A model generated the notes under the pieces. That model was given only the letters and a program-made list of their open reading frames with translations, was not told the DNA's origin and ran no database searches. Shown here piece by piece: positions 9,668 to 17,900 of a stretch of 64,000 nt of DNA. The translations under genes and the position numbers were made by a program. This DNA comes from Verrucomicrobiaceae bacterium. GTDB taxonomy: Bacteria; Verrucomicrobiota; Verrucomicrobiia; Verrucomicrobiales; Akkermansiaceae. Each line of letters opens with the position of its first letter. Within the stretch, counting starts at the first letter, position 1. The DNA lies in NCBI GenBank assembly GCA_051252135.1, contig JBPOGH010000009.1, positions 128,001 through 192,000 of the forward strand, in the 5' to 3' direction.

Positions 9668-11155
9668 TCAGCCCCCTAATGCCGCCCGTGTCCGTGCTAC
9701 GAGAGAGGTGTCTTTTTTCCCCGAACCCTGAAGCCAGAACACACTCGCGGCCAGGAACCGATCCCGCATGCCGGGAGAGATGCTGTGGTAATCTTCGAGC
9801 ACAGCGGAGCTGAACTTGTAGTCATGGGATCCGGTGCCCTTGAGGTAGATGAGGCGTTGAGCCTCCTGCATGAAGGGTTTGGGGTCTTTGGTTGATTTGA
9901 GGTAGGCGAGGGCTTTGCGAGCGGCGAGCTCTTTGTTGCCGCTGATTTCGGCGAAGATTTCCTCGATCCCGGGGACTCCTTCGACGGGCTCGAAGTTGTC
10001 GATGGCTACGCCATTTTTGATGCCGGCGCGGTCGCGGAACATCGTGAGGAAGGCGGCATTTTGGAGAAGGAGGAATTTGCGGGTGTCATCATTGAAGGTG
10101 TGTTGATGGGCATAGTGGAGGGCGTTGGTGGTGGTGCTGGCGTGGAGGGAAATGATGCCCGGCTGGCGCATGAGCATTTCCGAGGCATGCTGGAAGAGTC
10201 CGTCCCAGATTGATTGGGGGGAGACTTTTCGGTTGAGGAGATCAACCACTTTCCGGCTGGCTTCCTTCCAGGTTCCTTCCCGGAGAACCTGAAGCATTTC
10301 GGTGGTCGCTTCTTTTTTGAGGTCGCCCCGCTGCCAGTCACTTCGAATGGTTTTGAGGAGTTCTTCATTCAGGCGGCCGGGGAGGTCGGCCTCGTGATCG
10401 CTCTCCGCCGGGTTGCTTCCGCTGTGTTGTAAGAGGGCGTAACCAAGGGAGCGGAGGACGGGCTCGGAATGTTGCCAGCCTATGGCCTGAAGGGTGCGCC
10501 AGCTGTTGGCGACGTAGATGGCCTTGTGCCCGATGTCGCGGAAGTCGCGTGCGCCATACTTCACGAAGAGATCGAAAACTTCCTGGGCGCCGGCGGCCCG
10601 GGCCAAGCCTGCGGTGGCGGCGTCGACTTTTTCTTCGTCCCATCGGTCCATTCCTTCTGCAAACAGTTGGCGGGCTTTTGCGGCAGAGGGGACCTCGCGT
10701 TCTTTTACGGATGCGAGGGTCCAGTCCCCTTCCTGAACGTCGCGGGCCTGGGATGATTTGAAGTAGTCGAGGGCCCAGAAGATGGGGAGCCATCGGTCGG
10801 AGTCGGGGGAATTTTGGCTGGCGAGGTGGGCGGAGTTGACGACGAGAACGGCATGGAATTTGAAGCCGACGGGACGGGGTTGGATATTTCTGACGCCGGC
10901 GAGGAGGAGGGCGCTGAGGACTTCGCGATAGGTTGTCCCTTTCCGAATGCGGGCTGCCACTTCTTCCAAAAGTCGCTCACGCGGGGTCTCCTCCAGCAAG
11001 CGGATCAGGGGCTCGATTTCCGGGAGAAATTGAACCTGATGCGGGTTGAGTTTTACGTCCTCAGCGCCAAGCAGAGGAACTTTGGAAAGAAAACCCAAGG
11101 CCCCGGCGGCGGCACCGGTTTGGAGGAGGTGGCGGCGGGATGGCGAGAAATTCAT
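9668..11155 (-). CDS. Tat-exported conserved hypothetical protein with His-containing motifs
   Basis: Tat signal SRRHLLQTGAAAGALG; 495 aa with normal codon usage. Confidence 0.8.
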   Translation of the reverse strand: MNFSPSRRHLLQTGAAAGALGFLSKVPLLGAEDVKLNPHQVQFLPEIEPLIRLLEETPRERLLEEVAARIRKGTTYREVLSALLLAGVRNIQPRPVGFKFHAVLVVNSAHLASQNSPDSDRWLPIFWALDYFKSSQARDVQEGDWTLASVKEREVPSAAKARQLFAEGMDRWDEEKVDAATAGLARAAGAQEVFDLFVKYGARDFRDIGHKAIYVANSWRTLQAIGWQHSEPVLRSLGYALLQHSGSNPAESDHEADLPGRLNEELLKTIRSDWQRGDLKKEATTEMLQVLREGTWKEASRKVVDLLNRKVSPQSIWDGLFQHASEMLMRQPGIISLHASTTTNALHYAHQHTFNDDTRKFLLLQNAAFLTMFRDRAGIKNGVAIDNFEPVEGVPGIEEIFAEISGNKELAARKALAYLKSTKDPKPFMQEAQRLIYLKGTGSHDYKFSSAVLEDYHSISPGMRDRFLAASVFWLQGSGKKDTSLVARTRAALGG

Positions 11156-11207
11156 CCCTGAACCCTAGTGGGATTCGAGACTCAAGTCCCGCTCTAATCG
11201 GAGGTCT

Positions 11208-11411
11208 TATACCAATCCGAGTTCCAAAAGAGCCAAATGAGTTTTAAAAGGTTTGAGAAGTGCGCTGCGCGATTTGGGGAAGAAGCCGGGCGCTTTTCAG
11301 CAATAGCGGCGTCGTTCCTCGGTCGTGGTGCCCGCACCACTCGCTCGTCATGCCTTGCGATTCCAGAAAATCGTTCCGGCATTTGGCTCTTTTGAAACTC
11401 TACTTGGTATT
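11208..11411. mobile_element. MITE-like hairpin element E1 (204 bp, ERIC-like TATACC...GGTAT ends)
   Basis: ~32-bp imperfect terminal inverted repeats; near-identical copy at 12884-13087. Confidence 0.85.
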
Positions 11412-11422
11412 ACTCTTTCCTT

Positions 11423-11731
11423 GGAATCGGACTGGAAGTCCACGCAAGCTATCCGGGCTAAGAGGCCGTCTGAAAAAGTCCGAACGAGTGTTTTGATTTT
11501 AGTTCTTTGGGAAATGGCGGCAAAGCCGCGGGGGCGGAGGATGAACCCTGGCGGGCTGCGAGGCCTTTTCCTGCAGGTTTCGTTGTTCCTTGGTCGTTGG
11601 TGTTCACCAACTTCCGCGTCTCGCCTTACCTGAAGGAAAATTCCTTCGCAGCACTCATTCGCCCTTTTTAAGACCGCCTCTTAGGGATAGGGCTCAAGGA
11701 GGGAGTGGAAGTCAAGCTGATGGGGCTGACC
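11423..11731 (+). pseudogene. Decayed duplicate of the 12767-12853 gene remnant, interrupted by element E4
   Basis: 11423-11460 joined to 11684-11731 aligns with 12767-12853. Confidence 0.7.
11461..11681. mobile_element. MITE-like element E4 (221 bp) with AGAGGC ends, TA duplication in a CTAG site
   Basis: TIR 25/30 (AGAGGCCGTCTGAAAAAGTCCGAACGAGTG vs AGAGGCGGTCTTAAAAAGGGCGAATGAGTG); flanks CTA|...|TAG; an uninterrupted paralogous site exists. Confidence 0.8.
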
Positions 11732-11754
11732 CCTTTTTCGCAGGTCGGCCGGAT

Positions 11755-12570
11755 CTACTCCTGCGGAATCTTCAGCACCTGCCCGATGCCAATCAAATTT
11801 GCATCGGCAATCTTATTGAGCTTCATCAATGCGGCGACGCTCACCTTGTACTTCCGGGCCACATAGGAGAGCGTATTGCCCCGCTTGATCGTGTATTCCT
11901 CATATTCGGGCTCTCCTTCAGACTCCTCCACGGGTTCTGCCTCCGGTTGCATCTCGGGCTTTTCAACCGTTTCCTTCTTGGGTTGTTCCTTGGGCTGCTC
12001 CTTGGGCTGTTCCTTGGGTTGTTCCTTGGGTTGTTCCTTGGGTTGTTCCACGAGAGGCTCCTCTTCTTCAACCATCGGCAGCGTCCTGTATTCGACAATT
12101 GGATAAGTAGTGGGATTATCAGGAAGAAGCGAATGAGAGGGAGGCATATCGTCGTCGTCGATGAGAACTATATTCTCGGCGGCAATCATCTCTTCCAGGG
12201 AGCTCTTTACCGTTGCCAACTCATTAGCGAGGCGCTGTCGTTCAACCCCTGCAACCTGCTCATAAGAGGCCAGAGCATCGACGGCCTTTTTATGGGTCGA
12301 AGACAACTCCCGGGTAAGCTGAGTAACGGTGGCATTGAGCTCCCCCAACTCATTGGAACTGCTCCCCTGCGCCCGGGTCTCGAGCAAATCTCCGGTTTGC
12401 GTCTGAAGCTTCCCTAACTTGGTCTTCACCTCCGAAAGCTCTGAAAACAATTGGATGACAACAATGAGAAGTCCGAAAGTAATCACGCCGAGCAAAACCA
12501 GGGCACTCAGGGGAACCTTTGGTCTCCGCCGCGCCTGGGACCCCCATTTCGTGCTTAATTCACCATTCAT
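11755..12570 (-). CDS. Membrane-anchored LysM peptidoglycan-binding protein (TM + coiled coil + EQPK linker + LysM)
   Basis: N-terminal TM LSALVLLGVITFGLLIVVI; C-terminal YTIKRGNTLSYVARKYKVSVAALMKLNKI...IGQVLKIP. Confidence 0.9.
   Translation of the reverse strand: MNGELSTKWGSQARRRPKVPLSALVLLGVITFGLLIVVIQLFSELSEVKTKLGKLQTQTGDLLETRAQGSSSNELGELNATVTQLTRELSSTHKKAVDALASYEQVAGVERQRLANELATVKSSLEEMIAAENIVLIDDDDMPPSHSLLPDNPTTYPIVEYRTLPMVEEEEPLVEQPKEQPKEQPKEQPKEQPKEQPKKETVEKPEMQPEAEPVEESEGEPEYEEYTIKRGNTLSYVARKYKVSVAALMKLNKIADANLIGIGQVLKIPQE
11977..12048. repeat. 12-bp tandem repeat x6 (CTTGGGYTGYTC) encoding (EQPK)6
   Basis: Directly visible within the LysM gene. Confidence 0.9.
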
Positions 12571-12717
12571 ATCCTTCTATGGTGAAAGAGGTAGCGCGAA
12601 ACGGGACTCCCTGTCCAGCGGGATATCACTCTCTTGACTTTGTAAGCAACGGGATTCCTTGATTCCGGTGCGCCAATTTTTTCCAATCAGCTACCAAAAT
12701 ATGCCGGCATAAAACGA

Positions 12718-12883
12718 CAAAGCCGTGGGCAAGGACTATGGGTTTTACTTTGGTCCGACTTCGAGCGGAACCGGAGTGGAAGTCCACTCAAGCTATCTAG
12801 GTTTTGGGATGGGGCTCAAGGAGGGAGTGGAAGTCAACCTGATGGGGCTGACCGCCGGAGTGGGGATTTGGCCGCCATCGATT
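12718..12883 (+). pseudogene. C-terminal remnant of a DUF3750-like gene, cut by element E2
   Basis: Translates KAVGKDYGFYFGPTSSGTGVEVHSSYLGFGMGLKEGVEVNLMGLTAGVGIWPPSI, resembling the DUF3750 C-terminus as I recall it (GKDY...PSGTG...EG.EVN.LGL). No N-terminal part present. Confidence 0.55.
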
Positions 12884-13087
12884 TATACCACTCCGAGTTC
12901 CAAAAGAGCCAAATGAGTTTTAATAGGTTTGAGAAGTGCGCTGCGCGAATTGGGGAAGAAGCCGGGCGCTTTTCAGCAATAGCGGCGTCGTTCCTCGGTC
13001 GTGGTGCCCGCACCACTCGCTCGTCATGCCTTGCCATTCCAGAAAATCGTTCCGGCATTTGGCTCTTTTGAAACTCTACTTGGTATA
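12884..13087. mobile_element. MITE-like hairpin element E2 (204 bp), direct-orientation copy of E1
   Basis: About 5 mismatches to E1 by eye; ends TATACC...GGTATA. Confidence 0.85.
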
Positions 13088-13345
13088 AGATCCCGTTTCC
13101 AGCGCTATTCTGATCCGCTTCATCGCAAAGACGAAAATTCACTTAAAAGGTCTGTCCCCGGTCATTGTTTAGGACTTTTCCTGCGCCATTCTGCCCCGCT
13201 CGACCCCGCCATCAGATCATTGTGGTTACTTGGATTGGGGATCACTCGCCTCGTTGTATGCCAGGCGTAGTTTTGGTTGCGTGAAATCGGCCTTAACTTC
13301 GTGCCATTCATGCCTAGCGTAGTTTTGGAGGGATAGGCCTTTTAT

Positions 13346-13969
13346 TCACGTACTTTTTCTTCTCCTTTTCACGATTGCAGTGAATCCCAGAAGGGATAAA
13401 AGAGCTGTTTCAGGCTCAGGAATGATGGTCATTGAAAGGCTCTGTATCTCTGTGCTCTCAAAAATCAAATCGTCGTCAACACCTCCTTCTAAAGAATTGT
13501 TTCTGACAGATATACGAGCATCCCCAAGGTTCAACGGCCAGTCATCTAGCGAACTTGGCACTTCAGAAATATCATCCCACAATAAAAAACCTTCAGATAG
13601 AAATTCCAAGCTTACAGACGAAAATGGCACATCATCACGCAAGCGAGTCCCTGCTGTGAAAAACACCCGAGATGTAAATACTCCAAAAGGTTCATCTGCA
13701 AATATTTGCACTTGAGGTAATGCAACCATTTGATCTCCGAGTTGAAGTTTAGAACTTGTTGGAAATTCGTAAAACTGACTGGATGATTCGCTAGAAGAAA
13801 CATACCCAATGTCAGGTGAGTATAATATGTCTATACTGAATTCATCACCAACATTTAACGAATTCCCATTGATTATTCTAGATGCCTTGGCGATGATATT
13901 AAAATTCACTAGAGCACCATACGAATTATTTAAGAAAAGAACAATAAAAGCGAAAGATTGGAGTTTCAT
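13346..13969 (-). CDS. PEP-CTERM sorting-domain protein (AT-rich)
   Basis: Signal peptide; C-terminus IPEPETALLSLLGFTAIVKRRRK. Confidence 0.9.
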   Translation of the reverse strand: MKLQSFAFIVLFLNNSYGALVNFNIIAKASRIINGNSLNVGDEFSIDILYSPDIGYVSSSESSSQFYEFPTSSKLQLGDQMVALPQVQIFADEPFGVFTSRVFFTAGTRLRDDVPFSSVSLEFLSEGFLLWDDISEVPSSLDDWPLNLGDARISVRNNSLEGGVDDDLIFESTEIQSLSMTIIPEPETALLSLLGFTAIVKRRRKST

Positions 13970-14185
13970 TTAATGTAAATTGTTTCAATGTTATCAGGAC
14001 CGCCAAGCAGTTCAACTAATAAATATGCCGGGCATACAACGGGAAAGAAACTCCTCAATCCAAGCAGTGATCATGGTTTTATGACGGGATGCGGCGAGAG
14101 AGATTGGCGCAGATTGAGGGTTTTGAAGGGCGGTGCTGGAGGCAATGAGAGATGGTTGTTGGAGGTCTGACGGTGGGTTGTCGCT

Positions 14186-14390
14186 TATACCAACTCTGAA
14201 AAGAAACTGGTAGAATGGTTTTTTTTTGGTCTTAAAATTAGTCTCTGCCAGCCGATGAGAGTTCCGGCGGTTTTTGCCGAATTTCTGCGTTGTTCCTTGG
14301 TTGTGGTGCTCGCACCACGCCTGCGTCACGCCTTGAACTTCGGCAAAACCCACTCGACCATTCTACCAGTTTCTTTTCTTCATTGGTATG
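14186..14390. mobile_element. MITE-like hairpin element E3 (205 bp), diverged relative of E1/E2
   Basis: Left TATACCAACTCTGAAAAGAAACTGGTAGAATGGT vs right (rc) CATACCAATGAAGAAAAGAAACTGGTAGAATGGT; shares the internal core with E1/E2/E4. Confidence 0.8.
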
Positions 14391-14499
14391 AGAATGTGAC
14401 AAGGAAGCGAGGCGTGGCGGGGATGGAAGAGCGGGCTGCGGGGAGATGTTTCTCTGAGGCGGAGTGCTGGGCTTGCCGGGGAATTTTGTGGGTGGGGTG

Positions 14500-14751
14500 A
14501 CCCAGCCCTTCGGACTGGGCTGGTATGCGGACGGCCCTTTGGGCCTGAGAGAGGGGAGTGCGACGTTACCTGTCTATGCGGTTAGATCGCACTTACAGCG
14601 CTTGTGGAATTGCGGGTGCGGGATACCAGGGCGTCGCTCCGCTTTGCCCTTCGCTACGTTAGGTCAGCCCGTTGGGCTTATGGGAGGGAGAGGACTGACG
14701 GACCAGGGGAAAGTTAGGTCAGCCCGTTGGGCTTATGGGAGGGAGAGGACT
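14500..14751. repeat. Cluster of REP-like short palindromes including a 39-bp direct repeat (14658-14696, 14713-14751)
   Basis: CCCAGCCCTTCGGACTGGG, GGCCCTTTGGGCC, AGGGC...GCCCT and GTTAGGTCAGCCCGTTGGGCTTATGGGAGGGAGAGGACT x2. Confidence 0.65.
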
Positions 14752-14920
14752 TTGAGAGGGTTGTGGGGAATGAAAAAGGCAAAGCACATCACTGCGCTTT
14801 GCCAGTTTGGTGAGGGGGGCCTGAGGGTTAGGGAAACACTGCTTCAAGATGAAGCACGCTGAACGGTTTCATGGGTTTTTTAGCCAGGGAAGCTTCGCTT
14901 CCGAGGTGAGAGGCGCTTCC

Positions 14921-17900
14921 CTAGTGGTCGTCTTTTTCCGGGACGGGGGCTTTGTCGGCTCCTTGGAGGGTGTGCATCCAGTGGCGGATGGCGTCGAATT
15001 GCTTATCGGCATCGCCGTCGTAGAAGGTGCTGTTGAGGGCCTTCTGTTTATCGACGGTGTATTTCGGCATGATGGTGAGAGGCGAGAAGCGCTGGGGCCA
15101 ATACATCCAGGAGTGGTAGTAGCCGGGGCGGAGGCGCTCGCCGGAGAGCTGAAGGTTCGGTCCTTGTCCCTCGAAGGCTTGCAGGGCGGGGGTGGCACCG
15201 GTGGCGTGGCAGGTGGTGCAGGCGTATCCGGTGAGTCCGGCGATTTGTTCGCCGACCTTGACGCGGTCGGGGTCGACCTTGAGTTCGTCATCGGCGAGCT
15301 CCATGCCGGCGCGGTAGGCGATGCCTTTGGCGAGGTATTTGGAGCGGCTGGTGAATTCGGGCATGCGTGCGGTCATCCAGGGGCGTGTTTTTTGAACGTC
15401 GCCACAGAGGAGGGATTCGAGCCAGCCGGCCTGGAGTTTTTCTCCGGCGAGATCGATCTCCGGGAGTTTATTTTCACCGCTGTGGCAGGTGTTGCACTGG
15501 AGGCGCTCGATCGTGCGGGTGGCATACTCGTGCGGGACGAAGCGACGGGCGGAACTGATGTTCTTGTTGCCATCGATATTCTTAAAGGCGAGGAGCGCTT
15601 GCTTTTGTTCGAGACTGAGTCCGAGCTCGGGCGCGTTGCCTTCTTCCTCTGACAGGCAGCCGTGGACGAGCCATTCGGAGTCGAACATTTGTTTCACCTT
15701 CTTGGCGGGGAATTCGTATTTTACTCCTTTGGCAGGCTGGTGGCAGACGTCGCAACGCTGGGCGACCATGGCTTTTCCTTTGGCGGCATCGCCGGTGGGC
15801 ATGGGGAGGGATTTGGGCTGCTTGGCTTGGATGGCGGCGGCGATATCAGCGGCTTCCTGAGCGGTGAGGCGCAAGTGGGGGAAGGCGGTGTCCCTGGCGT
15901 GTGCGGTGGGGTCCATGAGGAAGGCTTGCAGACCTCCGCTGGTGAACTTGGGAGTTTGGGCAAGCTTGTCGGCCCAGGTGTTGAAGTGGAGTTCCTCGAT
16001 GAGGGTGTCTCCTTTTTTGGCGTCCCCTTTGAGAGCGGGGAGTTCATTTTCGCTCAAGGTGGCGAGGTAGGCGGCGATGTCGCCCGCGGAATCCGGAGCG
16101 ACGCTGGGGCAGTGGTCCTCGGGTTTTTTGACCCATTGCTCGAGCCAGCCGGGCTGCATGCGGTTCCCGATGTTTTGGAAGTCGGGAAGGTGCTCGCGAA
16201 TCTCGGGCATGGAGGCTCCGGGCTTGAAGATGTTGCTATCGGCCTCATGGCAGCGGGCGCAGCCGACGGCGGCGAAGAGATCACGACCGGCGCGGGCCTT
16301 GTCCTTGGCGGCCAGAACGGGCGTGGCGCGGTAGCGGTAGGCGGAGGGTTTGACGGGTTCCCAGACGAAGTCGGATCCGCTCCAGAGGAGGCGGATTCGG
16401 CCGGAGCCGTCTTCCGCTTTTTTGAAGTAGCAGTAGATGGCTTGCGGTCCGGCTTCGAGCTCGAGGGGTTGGCTTTCCAGGGGAAGTTCGCCCTCGATGA
16501 CGGTCTTGCCGTTGATCTTGAGGCTGGCCCAGCCGTGGCCGTCGAGCTGGAAGGCGCGTTGGTCACGGGCATCGACGATGATGTTTCCTTCGAAGACGGC
16601 CTGGTCTCCCTTGATGAAGGTGGTGATGGCGTCGCCTCTTTCGAGGGTCATGGCGAGGCGATCGACGACGACGGCGTCATCCGCACTTCCTTCCGAGGTG
16701 CTGAGGATGAGACCCGGCTCACCGAGTGCCTCTTTTTTGATTTCGGGGAGATTGGCGAGGTCGAGTCCGTGGGCGTTGAAGGCGGGGCGGAGGTTGTGGA
16801 TGGTGTTCCAAATGGTTTCCTTGAAGGGCTTTTTGCCGGCGTCGGCGAGGTCCATGCCGATTTCCATCTGCATGGCGGGGGTCATTTTGGGAATGTAGAG
16901 GAAGACGGATTTGCCATCCTTGAGGAGTTTTGCGGCGCGCACTTCGACGGCGTCGATTTGGTTTTCGGAGCCTTTGGAGGGTTCGACGAGGGCTTTTTGG
17001 AGCGCTTCGTTATTGGCTTCATCGATTGAGAATCTACCGGAACCGTATTGTGGTCCCCAGACGTAGTCCCACTTGCTCACGTTGTAGCGGCGGGGGTCGT
17101 TCGCGACCTCGGGATCGAGCGAGCTGCTGAACTCGATGCGGAGTCCGTTTTTGTGGGCTTCGAGTTTGAGGGGGACGGGCTTTTCCTCACCGACAAAGCG
17201 GACGCGCTGGAATCCGGTGCCGCCATTGGTCTGCCATCCGCGGAAGCCGATGATGTAAAGGTGACCCGATTCAGGATGGAAGCGACCGCGCATGCCGGCG
17301 GTGGTGAGGTCAATGGGGAGGCGGTAGACGCCGCCCTGGACCTGGCCGTTCACTTCATCGATCAAGGTGCGGTAGATCGAGCTCTTTCCGTAGGAGAGGT
17401 GGAGCATCTGGCCGGCGTGGTTTGACCAAGTGCTGTCTTTTGGCACCCAGAACTGGCTGCCGCTGGAGTTATCGACGTAGTAGGGGAGCCAGCAAAGGGG
17501 GCGCTCGTAGTCGGTGGGCATGCCGGGAAGGGTGGCGACGAAATTCCGGCCATCCCACTCGCTGGGGACGACGCCGTGGAAGCTGCTGCCGTCTTGCTTG
17601 CTCCAAGTGATCTTACAACGCGGGACGTAGCTTCCTTCATTTTCTCCGGTGGTTAGCTCGCCATTTGGCCCGAGACCGAGACCGCCGGGTGCGCGGAGTC
17701 CCCAGGCCAATTTGGTGAGTGTTTTCCCGTCGGGACTGAGCTTCAGGATGGTGCCGTTGTGCTCGGTGGACTCGGCAAAGCCACGTCCGCCAGAGAGGAC
17801 GGGCATCCCTTTGCTGAAGTAGAAATTTCCTTCGGCATCCGTCTGCAAATCGAAGGCGAACTCGTGGAATCCCCTGGTGATGAGGACGTCGTTATTGAAG

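Noticed and set aside
11170..11190. GGGATTCGAGACTCAAGTCCC resembling a tRNA T-arm
   Set aside because: Only a small hairpin; no cloverleaf can be built.
11194..14500. Short ORFs within E1-E4 (e.g. 11194-11382, 12834-13142, 14012-14353) as small proteins or transposases
   Set aside because: They derive from the repeat sequence and lack DDE or HUH motifs.
14658..14751. 39-bp direct repeat as a mini-CRISPR
   Set aside because: Only two copies with a 16-bp spacer, and no cas genes.
15662..17029. 455-aa plus-strand ORF and similar ORFs at 19555, 22201, 52528, 54885, 57635, 62394
   Set aside because: Antisense shadows of motif-supported minus-strand genes.
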